Source: Terriglobia bacterium
GTDB taxonomy: Bacteria > Acidobacteriota > Terriglobia > Terriglobales > Acidobacteriaceae
NCBI GenBank assembly: GCA_963831565.1
Contig: CAWHQS010000006.1
Span: 32,156 to 96,155, forward strand
Reading direction: 5' to 3'
DNA length: 64,000 nucleotides
Numbering within the stretch: the first letter of the stretch is position 1; each line of letters starts with the position of its first letter. Positions 24,968-34,486 of this stretch are shown here, piece after piece. The position numbers and the translations under genes were made by a program. The notes under the pieces were generated by a model, which saw nothing but the letters and a program-made list of their open reading frames with translations, was not told the DNA's origin and did not search any database.

Positions 24968-26227
24968 GTGCCCAGGTTGGTGGTCTCCGGACATTTCCTT
25001 GTGAATACTTCCGAACTTATCTACGACTGGAACCAGATGGATGCCGCCAGGGTGCGGCCCAGGGGAGAAGTCCTGCTTAACGATGAGACTCTGCGCGATG
25101 GATTGCAGTCGCCCTCGGTGCGCGATCCTTCGATCGCCGAGAAAATTCAGATCCTGCATCTGATGGAAGCTCTGGGCATCAACTCGCTCGATATGGGGCT
25201 GCCGGGCGCAGGACCTCGCGCCGTCGCGGATTGCGAGGCACTGGCCCACGAGATCGTGCGCCGCAAGATGAAAATTCGCGCCAACTGCGCCGCCCGCACT
25301 CATGAACATGACATCCGGCCGATTGCCGAGATCGTGCAGCGCACCGGGCTGAACATTCAGGCCGCAACCTTCATCGGCTCCAGCCCGATTCGCCGCTACA
25401 CCGAAGGCTGGAGCGACGACTTCCTGCTTGAGACCACGGATAAAGCCGTGAAGTACGCTGTCTCGCTCGGCCTCGAATGCATGTACGTGACCGAGGATAC
25501 CAGCCGCTGCGATCCGGCCATGGTGAAACGCCTTTATTCGACTGCCATCAGTTGCGGGGCGCGGGCCATCGCGATTTGCGATACTGCGGGACATGCCACC
25601 CCCATGGGTGCATTCGCCCTGGTGCGCTTCGTGCTCGAAGAGGTGGTGAAGCCTTCCGGCGAAAAGATTCGGGTGGACTGGCACGGTCATTGCGACCGCG
25701 GCCTCGCCATCGCGAACTCCATGGCCGCGCTGATGGCGGGTGCGGAATGCGTCCACGCCTGTGCCCTCGGAATTGGCGAGCGCGTCGGCAACACCCAGAT
25801 GGATCAGATGCTGGTGAACCTCAAACTCATGGGTATTCCTCCCTGGGCTGAGCAAGACCTGACCAAGCTGAAGGAATATTGCCAGGCCGTATCGAAGGCC
25901 ACGGGTGTGCCTATCCCGGCCAACTATCCGGTAGTCGGTGAAGACGCGTTTCGCACCGCCACCGGGGTGCACGCCGCGGCCCTCATCAAGGCCTATAGGA
26001 AAAACGACGTCGAGCTGGTAAATGCCGTGTACTCCGGAGTGCCGTCGCAGATGTTCGGACTGGAACAGATTATCGACATCGGTCCCATGAGCGGGAAGTC
26101 GAACGTGCTGTTCTGGCTGGAGCGTCACGGCGTGCCCGCGAGCGATGAAGTGGTGGACAGAATCTACAAACTGGCCAAGGCCTCCAACCACACGCTGAGT
26201 GAGGCGGAAATCCGGCAGTGCCTGTAA
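24968..26227 (+). CDS. 2-isopropylmalate synthase / homocitrate synthase family (HMGL-like pyruvate carboxyltransferase domain), short form
   Basis: LNDETLRDGLQSP is the DRE-TIM metallolyase signature, and HGHCDRGLAIANSMAALMAGA is the HxH metal site. The start is uncertain (GTG 24968, GTG 25001 or ATG 25037). Confidence 0.75.
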   Translation: MPRLVVSGHFLVNTSELIYDWNQMDAARVRPRGEVLLNDETLRDGLQSPSVRDPSIAEKIQILHLMEALGINSLDMGLPGAGPRAVADCEALAHEIVRRKMKIRANCAARTHEHDIRPIAEIVQRTGLNIQAATFIGSSPIRRYTEGWSDDFLLETTDKAVKYAVSLGLECMYVTEDTSRCDPAMVKRLYSTAISCGARAIAICDTAGHATPMGAFALVRFVLEEVVKPSGEKIRVDWHGHCDRGLAIANSMAALMAGAECVHACALGIGERVGNTQMDQMLVNLKLMGIPPWAEQDLTKLKEYCQAVSKATGVPIPANYPVVGEDAFRTATGVHAAALIKAYRKNDVELVNAVYSGVPSQMFGLEQIIDIGPMSGKSNVLFWLERHGVPASDEVVDRIYKLAKASNHTLSEAEIRQCL

Positions 26228-26441
26228 GCCATGGAGCACGGGCGTCCCGCCCGTGCTGCCTGGTGCGCGCGAACCATCCCCCGCACTGGAGTGATCCTGA
26301 GGGACTTGAGTCCCGAAGGGATCCGGCGTGAGGCCGATGTGCCGTGTGCCCCAGTACGTAATCCGCTGCACGCCGGGTCCTTCGCAAGCTCAGGATGACG
26401 CCTTCAAGGGGAGATTTAGTGCCCGGTGGAAACCTAAGTGT

Positions 26442-26483
26442 TTGATTCTCTCCAAATATGTAGTAATATAAATACATTATTGG
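26442..26483 (+). promoter_or_regulatory. candidate sigma70-type promoter and palindromic operator of the RES/Xre toxin-antitoxin operon
   Basis: TTGATT (26442-26447), a 16-nt spacer, then TAATAT (26464-26469), in a locally AT-rich patch. The imperfect 32-bp palindrome CCAAATATGTAGTAATATAAATACATTATTGG (26452-26483; 12 of 16 pairs) overlaps the -10 element. The ATG is at 26491. Confidence 0.4.
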
Positions 26484-26490
26484 ATACAAC

Positions 26491-26928
26491 ATGACTGCCA
26501 TCCCAAACGTGCAGATCGCGGGCGTCACGCTGGATCGGCCGGTTGACCTCTCCAGCAGGAAGATCCAGGAAAAGCTCAGCCCTTCCGCCATATTGGCCTT
26601 CTTCCGGCTCACCGATCTATGGAACCTGCGCGACGAAGATGCCCGGAGTCTGCTCGGCGGAATTTCCAATGGCACCTACTACAGCCTGAAGCGCCGTCCC
26701 GCCAAGACCCTCGATCAGGACAAGCTCACGCGCATTTCGCTGCTGCTTGGCATTTTCAAGGCCCTGAATGTCCTGTACAGCAGGAGGCTGGCTGACGCCT
26801 GGGTCCAGCTGCCCAACCGCAATCCCATGTTCGGCGGTGAATCGCCCCTGCTTTCGATGATCAAGGGTGGCGTGCCCGCGATGATTCGGGTGCGGCAGCT
26901 GGTGGATGCGCGGCGCGGCGGTCGCTAG
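26491..26928 (+). CDS. antitoxin, Xre/MbcA/ParS-like (DUF2384 toxin-binding domain)
   Basis: The 145-aa protein has a C-terminal block, WVQLPNRNPMFGGESPLLSMIKGGVPAMIRVRQLVDA, typical of DUF2384. Its stop overlaps the RES gene start by 1 nt (TAGTG). Confidence 0.75.
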   Translation: MTAIPNVQIAGVTLDRPVDLSSRKIQEKLSPSAILAFFRLTDLWNLRDEDARSLLGGISNGTYYSLKRRPAKTLDQDKLTRISLLLGIFKALNVLYSRRLADAWVQLPNRNPMFGGESPLLSMIKGGVPAMIRVRQLVDARRGGR

Positions 26929-27629
26929 TGGCCCCTCGTATCACCCCGCTTGATCAGGACGATACCCATCGTCTCATTCCTGCGCGCTACAGCGATGAGG
27001 GCGCGAGCGTCCTGGCGCGGCTCACCTCCGACCGGCAGCAGCAGCAGGATCTTTTTCAGCTCGATGGCGCCACCAATGAAGGGTTGCTGGGAGAAGCCAA
27101 TCTCCTGCCTGGTGTCACCGTTCATGAGCTTGTTTTCGGAGTGCCTAACTGGCATATCGTTAACGCGGCCTTCACCCACGCACGCCCCGAGGGCAGCCGC
27201 TTTAACGGTCCGGACCGCGGGGCCTGGTATTCGGCGTTTACGCTCGACACCGCGCAAGCCGAAGTTGGGTTTCACTTTGCCCAGAGTTTGCGCGAAGTGA
27301 ATTGGGAGGAAAGCGAAACCGCGACCTACCGCGAGTATCTGTCCGACTTCCGCGCAGAATTCCACGACCTTCGCAAGAATCCCGAGTACGTGGCTGGTCT
27401 CGATCCCGCAAGCTATGTTACGTCGCAACGTCTAGCGCGAGAGTTGTTGAACCAGGGATCGGCGGGATTGATCTACCCCAGTGTTCGCCATCGCGGAGGC
27501 ACCTGCCTGGCCTGCTTCCGCCCGGCGCTGGTGACAAACGTCCGCACGGGCTGGGTCGTGACACTCGAATTTCCCAATGCCTTCGCCTCCCCCAAGGTCC
27601 ATATCGACAAAGGACGGAAGAGGACATAA
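26928..27629 (+). CDS. RES-domain toxin (MbcT/ParT-like)
   Basis: The R-E-S signature is present in order: GSRFNGPDRGAWY (Arg), TLDTAQAEVGFH (Glu) and LIYPSVRHRGGTCLACF (Ser). At 233 aa the size is typical. Confidence 0.8.
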   Translation: MAPRITPLDQDDTHRLIPARYSDEGASVLARLTSDRQQQQDLFQLDGATNEGLLGEANLLPGVTVHELVFGVPNWHIVNAAFTHARPEGSRFNGPDRGAWYSAFTLDTAQAEVGFHFAQSLREVNWEESETATYREYLSDFRAEFHDLRKNPEYVAGLDPASYVTSQRLARELLNQGSAGLIYPSVRHRGGTCLACFRPALVTNVRTGWVVTLEFPNAFASPKVHIDKGRKRT

Positions 27630-27712
27630 CCACAAAAGCTCCACGACCTGAAGTAACCAGCCGCTACTACAACATCCGTTATAGCGATGTAAGATGGAAA
27701 ATCGGTCATTAG

Positions 27713-27875
27713 CGGTTGGTCGTTGGTCATCAGTCTTTGGACACCAGTCATTGGGCACGAGTCTTCAACATGAGAATGCAGTGTCATCGTTGCTGAATCC
27801 GAAGAAGACCTCATGAAGAAGGGCCACGACCAACGACCAACGACCGATGGCCAACGACTGAAGACCGACGACTGA
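27713..27875. repeat. CGACCAA heptamer inverted array hairpin
   Basis: CGGTTGGTCGTTGGTCATCAG... (left) pairs with CCACGACCAACGACCAACGACCGATGGCCAACGACTGAAGACCGACGACTGA (right). It lies between the RES toxin gene and the M20 peptidase gene. Confidence 0.7.
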
Positions 27876-27884
27876 ATCCTGACC

Positions 27885-29144
27885 ATGCCCCGCTCGCAAC
27901 CCGAAGTCTCGGAGCCGTTTCCTGGAGCGCAACAGGAAGTGGCGCATCTTTGTTCGCTACCCGAAATTCGCGGCGCTTTTACCTGGTTTCGCGCCCAGGA
28001 GCCGCAGTTTGCGCACTGGCAGCTGGAGTTGGCGCGTATTCCTGCGCCCCCCTTTGGCGAAAGTGTCCGGGCCCAATGGCTGGCGGACAAGTTTTGCGAG
28101 CTCGGCCTGCAATCGGTTCACACCGATGAAGTCGGCAATGTTTTCGGCACGCATGCCGGTTATGGACACGGACACGTCTCACTCAGCGCGCACCTGGACA
28201 CGGTATTTCCCGCGGGCACACCGCTGAACATCCGGCAACAGGGCAGCCGCCTGTACGGGCCGGGGGTTTCGGACAACGGTGCCGGCGTCGCCGCGATGCT
28301 GGCTATCGTGGCGGCGTTGCGCGCGCTGAACATTCGCCATGCCTTGCCCTTTCTGTTTATCGGCAATGTAGGCGAAGAAGGGGAAGGCGATCTGCGGGGC
28401 ATGCGCCACATTTTCTCCCAGCCGCGCTGGAAGGGTGAGATCCACTACAGCCTGGTGCTGGATGGCGCGGGCGCCGACACCATCGTGGCCGAAGCCCTGG
28501 GCAGCCGCCGTTTCGAAGTGATCGTGCGCGGCCCGGGCGGCCATTCCTGGAGCGATTTCGGCGCGCCCAACCCGATCGTCGTGCTGGCGCGCGCGGTGCA
28601 GGCGTTCGCCCAGACTCCGGTCCCGGCCCTGCCTAAGACGACCTTCAACGTGGGCGTGATTCGTGGCGGAACCTCGGTGAATTCGATTCCCGAATCAGCC
28701 AGCATGCGAGTGGACATCCGTTCCACGTCGATGGCCGAAATGGAGCGCCTGGAGCGCGCTCTGCGGCAGGCGCTCGAGCAGGCGGTGGAAGAGGAAACGC
28801 GGACCACGGAGACGCGCACGGCTTCACGACGGCGGCCCTTCGGCCTGAGTTACGAAGTGGTGGTGATCGGAAATCGCCCCGCCGGCGAACTCCACCCCAA
28901 TGCGCGAATCCTGCAGGTGATTCGTGCGGTGGATGCGCAGTTGGGCAACGCCGCCCAGGTGCAGCGCGCTTCCACGGATGCCAACATACCGCTATCGCTG
29001 GGACTCGAAGCGATCGCTATCGGCGGTGGCGGCGCCGGCGGTGGCGCGCACACTCTGCAGGAATGGTTTGACTGCAGCGGGCGAGAGCTCGGGCTCAAGC
29101 GCATCCTGCTGACTCTGCTGGGGCTCGCCGGAGTCGCTCTATGA
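27885..29144 (+). CDS. M20-family metallopeptidase (peptidase T / deacylase-like)
   Basis: M20 metal-binding blocks are present: LSAHLDTVFP, GPGVSDNGAGVAAML and GNVGEEGEGDLRG. Confidence 0.8.
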   Translation: MPRSQPEVSEPFPGAQQEVAHLCSLPEIRGAFTWFRAQEPQFAHWQLELARIPAPPFGESVRAQWLADKFCELGLQSVHTDEVGNVFGTHAGYGHGHVSLSAHLDTVFPAGTPLNIRQQGSRLYGPGVSDNGAGVAAMLAIVAALRALNIRHALPFLFIGNVGEEGEGDLRGMRHIFSQPRWKGEIHYSLVLDGAGADTIVAEALGSRRFEVIVRGPGGHSWSDFGAPNPIVVLARAVQAFAQTPVPALPKTTFNVGVIRGGTSVNSIPESASMRVDIRSTSMAEMERLERALRQALEQAVEEETRTTETRTASRRRPFGLSYEVVVIGNRPAGELHPNARILQVIRAVDAQLGNAAQVQRASTDANIPLSLGLEAIAIGGGGAGGGAHTLQEWFDCSGRELGLKRILLTLLGLAGVAL

Positions 29145-30925
29145 AAGCAGGAAACAGGAGCTTTCTGCCGGCAATCGTTGTCATAGCGATAGGTGCAATG
29201 CTCGAGGCACAAAATTTGCCCACCCAACCCAAGGCCGACATCATCTTTCTCAATGGGAACATCTACACCGGGGTGGTGGATACGTCGTCGTTTCACGCCA
29301 TAGAACATGCGGAAGCGATGGCGGTGCGCGCTGGGCGCGTTGAAGCCGTCGGTCGCGGCAAGCAGATCCTGAAGCTGAAGGGACCGTCCACCGAAGTGAT
29401 CGATCTGGGCGGGCATTTCGTCATGCCCGGCTTTAACGACGCGCATATGCATCTGGCCAACGCCGGTTTTCAACGGCTGACGGTTGACCTGATGGGAGTG
29501 AAGTCGCTGACTGAGTTTCGCGATCGCATTCGGGCCCGAGTGCAGGACGCCGAGCCTGGCGAGTGGATTGTGGGCGGTGGCTGGGACCAGACTTTGTGGC
29601 CGGTGAAAGAACTCCCCAGCCGCTGGGACATTGATGAAGTGACCACCGACCATCCCGTGTTCCTGGAACGCGTAGATGGACACATCGCTGTGGCCAACAC
29701 CCGCGCCCTGCAACTGGCAAGTCTTACCGTGGCCAGCAAAGACCCGGCGGGGGGCAAGATTGATCGTGATACCACCGGCCAGGCCACTGGCATTTTGCGC
29801 GAAAGCGCGCGCCAGGCCGTGACCAACATCATTCCCAAGCCCAACCACGACAAACGCCGCCAAGCCATTGAAGCCGGGCTGCAGGAACTGGCCCGCAGCG
29901 GCGTTACTTCAGCGCAGGACAACTCCGATTCCGGCGACTCAAAGCTGTCCTGGGACGATTTCCTGATCTTCGAAGAAATTGAGCGCGAAGGTAAGCTCAC
30001 CGCGCGAATTACGGAATGGTTGCCCTTCAACGATCCCTTGCCGGTGCTGGGGGAGCATCGCGCGGCACATCCCCAGTCCGACAACCTGCTGCACACCGGC
30101 ATGCTCAAAGCCTACATGGACGGATCGCTGGGTTCGCGCACCGCCGCGCTTCTCCAACCCTACGCTGATGACCCGACTAATTCCGGACTGCCGCAGTATG
30201 AGCAGGACGTTCTTACCCGCTTGACGAAAGAGCGCGTGAACGCGGGATTCCAAATCGGCTTCCACGCCATCGGCGACAAGGGAGTCCAGATGGCTCTCGA
30301 TGCCTTCGCCGCCGCCGAGAAAAGTTCGGAGCCTGCCCTAAACGCAGCGAAGGGACCCGTCCCGGCCGAACCAAGCTCGGCTAAGGCTAGACCAAACGCC
30401 GCCCCCGATCTCCGCCCGCGCATCGAACACGCCCAGGTCACCAACCCTCTGCAAGTGGCAAAATTCAAGCAGCTAAAAGTAATCGCCTCCATGCAGCCTT
30501 GCCATCTGCTCACCGACATGAATTGGGCCGAAGCCCGGCTGGGACCGAAGCGCGCCGCGCACTCCTACGCCTGGGCGGAATTTCTGAAGAACGGAGTGAC
30601 CCTGGCTTTCGGGACTGACTATCCCGTTGAACCGGTGACGCCCTTCCGCGGGCTCTACGCCGCCGTGACCCGCAAGAGCGAAGATGGCAAGAAGGAATAC
30701 TATCCGGCGCAGAAACTGAAGCTGGAACAGGCCATCGCCGCCTACACCACCGGCTCGGCATTTGCCGAGTTCGCGGAAAAAGAAAAGGGCACGCTGGCCC
30801 CGGGCATGCTCGCCGACCTCATCGTGCTCGATATCGACATCACTTCCGTGCCCCCGGAAAAAATTCTCACAGCCAAGGTGTTGCGCACGATAGTGGGCGG
30901 GAAAACGGTTTACCAAGCCAAATAG
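29141..30925 (+). CDS. amidohydrolase family protein (Amidohydro_3 / YtcJ-like), secreted
   Basis: VMPGFNDAHMHL is the HxH metal motif. The sequence has an N-terminal TM or signal segment, and its ATG overlaps the upstream stop (ATGA at 29141-29144). Confidence 0.85.
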   Translation: MKAGNRSFLPAIVVIAIGAMLEAQNLPTQPKADIIFLNGNIYTGVVDTSSFHAIEHAEAMAVRAGRVEAVGRGKQILKLKGPSTEVIDLGGHFVMPGFNDAHMHLANAGFQRLTVDLMGVKSLTEFRDRIRARVQDAEPGEWIVGGGWDQTLWPVKELPSRWDIDEVTTDHPVFLERVDGHIAVANTRALQLASLTVASKDPAGGKIDRDTTGQATGILRESARQAVTNIIPKPNHDKRRQAIEAGLQELARSGVTSAQDNSDSGDSKLSWDDFLIFEEIEREGKLTARITEWLPFNDPLPVLGEHRAAHPQSDNLLHTGMLKAYMDGSLGSRTAALLQPYADDPTNSGLPQYEQDVLTRLTKERVNAGFQIGFHAIGDKGVQMALDAFAAAEKSSEPALNAAKGPVPAEPSSAKARPNAAPDLRPRIEHAQVTNPLQVAKFKQLKVIASMQPCHLLTDMNWAEARLGPKRAAHSYAWAEFLKNGVTLAFGTDYPVEPVTPFRGLYAAVTRKSEDGKKEYYPAQKLKLEQAIAAYTTGSAFAEFAEKEKGTLAPGMLADLIVLDIDITSVPPEKILTAKVLRTIVGGKTVYQAK

Positions 30926-30931
30926 ATGCAC

Positions 30932-31091
30932 ATGTAGGGGCGGGTGCGCTCACCCGCCCAGCGGAGCGAAGTTCCGCCTGGGTTTTGGCTGGGTTCCGAA
31001 AACCCAGGCAATCTGCGCAAGGTTCCGGTCGAGCCTGGCACCCCAAGGCGAGCTGCGCTCGCCCGCACGGGCGGGACGCCCGCGCCCACAT
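30932..31091. repeat. GC-rich repeat cluster downstream of the amidohydrolase gene
   Basis: ATGTAGGGGCGGGTGCGCTCACCCGCCC ... GCCCGCACGGGCGGGACGCCCGCGCCCACAT. These are the same motif class as 9324..9450 and 14565..14624. Confidence 0.5.
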
Positions 31092-31139
31092 TGCGGTCCG
31101 GGCCGCAACACTTTTCCCGTAATCCGCGTCTAACTTTCT

Positions 31140-31167
31140 GTGACTGCCATGGACTGGAAGGTATAAT
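31140..31167 (+). promoter_or_regulatory. candidate promoter of the degP/htrA-like gene
   Basis: GTGACT (31140-31145), a 16-nt spacer, then a perfect TATAAT (31162-31167). This lies 34 nt upstream of the ATG at 31201. Confidence 0.35.
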
Positions 31168-31200
31168 CGATCGGGCAGACATTATTCGGAGGAAGTCATT

Positions 31201-32787
31201 ATGATTCAGCGCGCAAGCGCTCTTTGGGTACGTTTGAAGGCGAACCGCCTGGCGTACAGCATTTCTATCCTGGTCACGTTGACCGTGGGTATCCTGATCG
31301 GAACCGTGATCTCCTCTGGAGTGAAGGGCCAGGACAAGAAATCATCCTCCTCCGATGCGGCCATGTTGACCGTGCCCTCGCCTCAGACCCTTTCCAACCA
31401 GTTTTCGCAGATCTCGAAGCAGCTCGAGCCCAGCGTGGTCAACATCAACACCGAATCCACCATCAAGACCCCGCACCGGCGCCGCGGCGTTCCCAATGGC
31501 GACGACGATGCCAATCCCTTTGACGATTTCTTTGACCGCTTTTTCGGCGGCCCGGGCGGTCAGGGTGGCCAGGGACCCGGCGGCGGCGCGATACGCGAGC
31601 GTTCCCTGGGTTCGGGCGTGATCGTTGACCCGAAGGGTTATATCGTCACCAACCGGCACGTAGTGGAGAAGGCCGACCGGATTCGCGTGCGCCTGCAGGA
31701 CGATCCCCCGGGCGTGCTGCACGAAGCCAAAGTAATCGGATCGGACCAGGAAACCGACCTGGCCGTCATCAAGATTGAAAGCGACAAGGCGCTCCCCGTC
31801 GCCAAGCTGGGCAATTCCGACAGTATGCAGGTGGGAGACTGGGTGCTGGCCGTCGGCAGCCCGTTTGGATTGCAAGAGACTGTGACTGCGGGGATCGTTT
31901 CCGCCAAGGGCCGCAACATCGTTCCCCAACGCCAGTTCCAGTCGTTTATTCAGACCGATGCCGCCATCAATCCGGGCAATTCCGGCGGCCCCCTGGTCAA
32001 TATGACGGGCGAGGTCATCGGCATCAACACCGCGATTCTTACCGACACCAACGCCTACGCCGGCGTGGGTTTTGCCCTGCCCTCGAACACCGTGGCCCAG
32101 GTTTACAACCAGCTGGTCGGCCCCGACCACCGGGTATCGCGCGGCTCCATCGGAATCATGTTTAACGCGCTGGACAACCCCGCCATCGCGAGAGTGTACG
32201 GAACCGGATCCGGTGTGACCATTTCGGATGTAACCCCGGGCAGCCCGGCGGAGCAGGCCGGACTGAAGGTAGGCGACACCATCGTCGCCGTGGACAGCAA
32301 GCCGGTGAAAAACGGCGATGAACTGGTGGCCGATATCGCCGCCCGCAAGCCGGGCTCCAAGATCACCGTCGGATTTATTCGCAATGGCAAGAAGCAGGAC
32401 GCTACAGCCACCGTGGCCGACCGAGCCAAGCTGTTTGCCGCCCGCCTGGGCGACGACGAAGAAGACGGCCCTGAGGCTGGACCCAAAGAGAGCAAACTCG
32501 GCGTCAGTGTCCAGACCTTGACCCAGGAGATGGCGGACCGCCTCGACGTTCCCGCGGGCAAGGGTGTAATCGTGAAGGATGTGAAGGCCGGATCATTTGC
32601 CGAGGACGTCGGCTTGAGCCGGGGTGATATCATCCTCGAGGTCAACCGGCAGGTGGTGGACAACGAGGAGCAATTCAACCGTGTCACCGCCACTCTGAAG
32701 AGCGGACAGGATGTTGTGTTCCTGGTACGCCAGCGGGGGGCCGGCCGCCAGGGCGGAACCATCTTCCTGGCCGGTACACTTCCGTAA
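31201..32787 (+). CDS. DegP/HtrA-family serine endoprotease with two PDZ domains
   Basis: The catalytic triad context is present: TNRHVV (His), DLAVIKI (Asp) and GNSGGPLVN (Ser). Two PDZ-like regions follow. GGAGGA lies at 31188-31193. Confidence 0.9.
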   Translation: MIQRASALWVRLKANRLAYSISILVTLTVGILIGTVISSGVKGQDKKSSSSDAAMLTVPSPQTLSNQFSQISKQLEPSVVNINTESTIKTPHRRRGVPNGDDDANPFDDFFDRFFGGPGGQGGQGPGGGAIRERSLGSGVIVDPKGYIVTNRHVVEKADRIRVRLQDDPPGVLHEAKVIGSDQETDLAVIKIESDKALPVAKLGNSDSMQVGDWVLAVGSPFGLQETVTAGIVSAKGRNIVPQRQFQSFIQTDAAINPGNSGGPLVNMTGEVIGINTAILTDTNAYAGVGFALPSNTVAQVYNQLVGPDHRVSRGSIGIMFNALDNPAIARVYGTGSGVTISDVTPGSPAEQAGLKVGDTIVAVDSKPVKNGDELVADIAARKPGSKITVGFIRNGKKQDATATVADRAKLFAARLGDDEEDGPEAGPKESKLGVSVQTLTQEMADRLDVPAGKGVIVKDVKAGSFAEDVGLSRGDIILEVNRQVVDNEEQFNRVTATLKSGQDVVFLVRQRGAGRQGGTIFLAGTLP

Positions 32788-32898
32788 CTCGAAGCTGGCA
32801 CAAAATGGGCTGGTACTGGAGGCGGGGATAGTTTACCCTGCCTGCTCGATCGGGAATTGCGGGGTAACCCGTCATTGTGTTACTCCCGGACCACGATT

Positions 32899-33411
32899 GT
32901 GAAAATTGGCGGCTCCATTTCGACTGTGTGCTTGAGCGCGGGCTGTACTGTGCTCCTGGCCTGTTGCACGCTTGCGGCGCAGACCCACAGCAGTTCGTCA
33001 GGGGGAAAAAAGTCCAGGGTGAAGGTGCTGGCTACGTCCGCCCATCCCAGTGCCCACAGGAGCAAGAAAGCCCGCAAGAGTGCAAGATCGCGCAAGCGGG
33101 GCCAGGAGAAGATCGACAGCACGCGCGCCCGGGAAATCCAGGAAGCGCTGATTCGCGAGCACTATCTGGACGGCGCCGCCTCCGGCACCTGGGACGCGAA
33201 GTCAGAGAGCGCCATGCGGCGCTACCAGGCCGACAATGGCTGGCAAAGCAAGACCGTCCCGGATTCCCGGGCGTTGATCAAGCTGGGATTGGGCCCCAAC
33301 CACGACCATTTGTTGAATCCGGAAAGTGCCATGACATCGCAACCCCAACCGCTCCACGCCGAACCGATGCTGGAGCAGACGTCGACCATGACCACCCAGC
33401 CGCAGAGATAA
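32899..33411 (+). CDS. peptidoglycan-binding (PG_binding_1-like) domain protein, secreted
   Basis: ORF 32857..33411 trimmed to the GTG at 32899, which gives a signal peptide (VKIGGSISTVCLSAGCTVLLACCTLAAQ). The PG-binding-like block is IQEALIREHYLDGAASGTWDAKSESAMRRYQADNGW. Confidence 0.6.
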   Translation: MKIGGSISTVCLSAGCTVLLACCTLAAQTHSSSSGGKKSRVKVLATSAHPSAHRSKKARKSARSRKRGQEKIDSTRAREIQEALIREHYLDGAASGTWDAKSESAMRRYQADNGWQSKTVPDSRALIKLGLGPNHDHLLNPESAMTSQPQPLHAEPMLEQTSTMTTQPQR

Positions 33412-33412
33412 A

Positions 33413-33545
33413 CTCAGACCTCAGACCTCCTAGTTACTTCAAGTCTCAGAGATCGACTCTCGACTATGTTGCCAGCGGTAATCTCGAAAAATGTTTGCCT
33501 GGCCGTCGAAGAAAGAGAATCGGCCGAGGTCTGACGTCTTACGTC
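33413..33545. repeat. CAGACCT-unit inverted repeat element between convergent genes
   Basis: CTCAGACCTCAGACCTCC (33413-33430) pairs with CGGCCGAGGTCTGACGTCTTACGTC (33521-33545). Confidence 0.5.
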
Positions 33546-33555
33546 CGTCCTCCCC

Positions 33556-34302
33556 CTACCGGCTACTCTTCTTCATGGCTGGATTGGGAAAATAGGGCAG
33601 AGGCTGGTCGCTGATAATCGCGCGGGGGTTACCGTCCACCAACGCCTGGGCGACGTCCTGGCCGCAGAGTTTCGCGACCTTGTCTCTTGCGGCTGAGAGC
33701 CCGGGAGGGCGATGCTTGGTGTCATGAGCGTCGGTGGCCAGCACATGCACGGCGTCGCGTTCGAGCAGCCACTCCGCAGCGCGCATCACCTTCTGTCCCC
33801 AGCCCCCAGTCACCGCCGAAGCCGTCACCTGCACTACGCAGCCCTGGTCCACCCACGCCAGCACTCGTAGCGGCGTCTCTTGCAGAATCGGATTGCGCTC
33901 GGGATGCGTGAGTACCGGCTTGATACCCACATCCGCCATGCGGGTGAAGCACTCGTTGATTTGCGCAGGAATGCTGTAGTTGCTCAACTCCACCAGCAGG
34001 TAGTGGCTGCCGTCAATGGTGTAGCGCTCCGGCGAAATCATGACTTCCTGCAGGTTGTCATAGGAAAGATGGAAATCGCAGCCCAGACTCAGTTGCGGGG
34101 CCTTACCCACCAGCATCTGGAGATACTCGAGATTCTTGGCCAGAGTCTGCCGGTCGTATTGAAAACGCTCATTGGCATGTGGAGTGGCCACGATGTGTTC
34201 GATGCCGTCGTCTGCCGCCATCCGACACATTTCGAGCGACGTGTCCCAGGATTTTGAGCCATCGTCAACTTTAGGCAGGATGTGGCAATGAATGTCGATC
34301 AC
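33556..34302 (-). CDS. PHP-family protein-tyrosine phosphatase (CpsB/YwqE-like)
   Basis: MIDIHCHILPKVDDGS ... ATPHAN ... THPERN ... ATDAHD are the four conserved CpsB metal-binding motifs. Confidence 0.8.
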   Translation of the reverse strand: MIDIHCHILPKVDDGSKSWDTSLEMCRMAADDGIEHIVATPHANERFQYDRQTLAKNLEYLQMLVGKAPQLSLGCDFHLSYDNLQEVMISPERYTIDGSHYLLVELSNYSIPAQINECFTRMADVGIKPVLTHPERNPILQETPLRVLAWVDQGCVVQVTASAVTGGWGQKVMRAAEWLLERDAVHVLATDAHDTKHRPPGLSAARDKVAKLCGQDVAQALVDGNPRAIISDQPLPYFPNPAMKKSSR

Positions 34303-34486
34303 GTGGACTGCCGAGGGGGAACGGCGACTAGTTAATTTAAGCAGATTTTCATCGAAAGGCCAAGCCGGGTGCGACCCTTATCGCTCCGAAATCTTATGTG
34401 GGCGCCAGCGTCCCGGTCGTGCAGAGGCCTCCGCCCGAGGTAACCTGCCGCACCGGTTACCCGGTGCCGAAAGCCCCTTCCATGCC

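Noticed and set aside
24956-26371. 471-aa minus-strand ORF antisense to the LeuA-like synthase
   Set aside because: It is a shadow ORF. The plus-strand product carries the DRE-TIM signatures and this one carries none.
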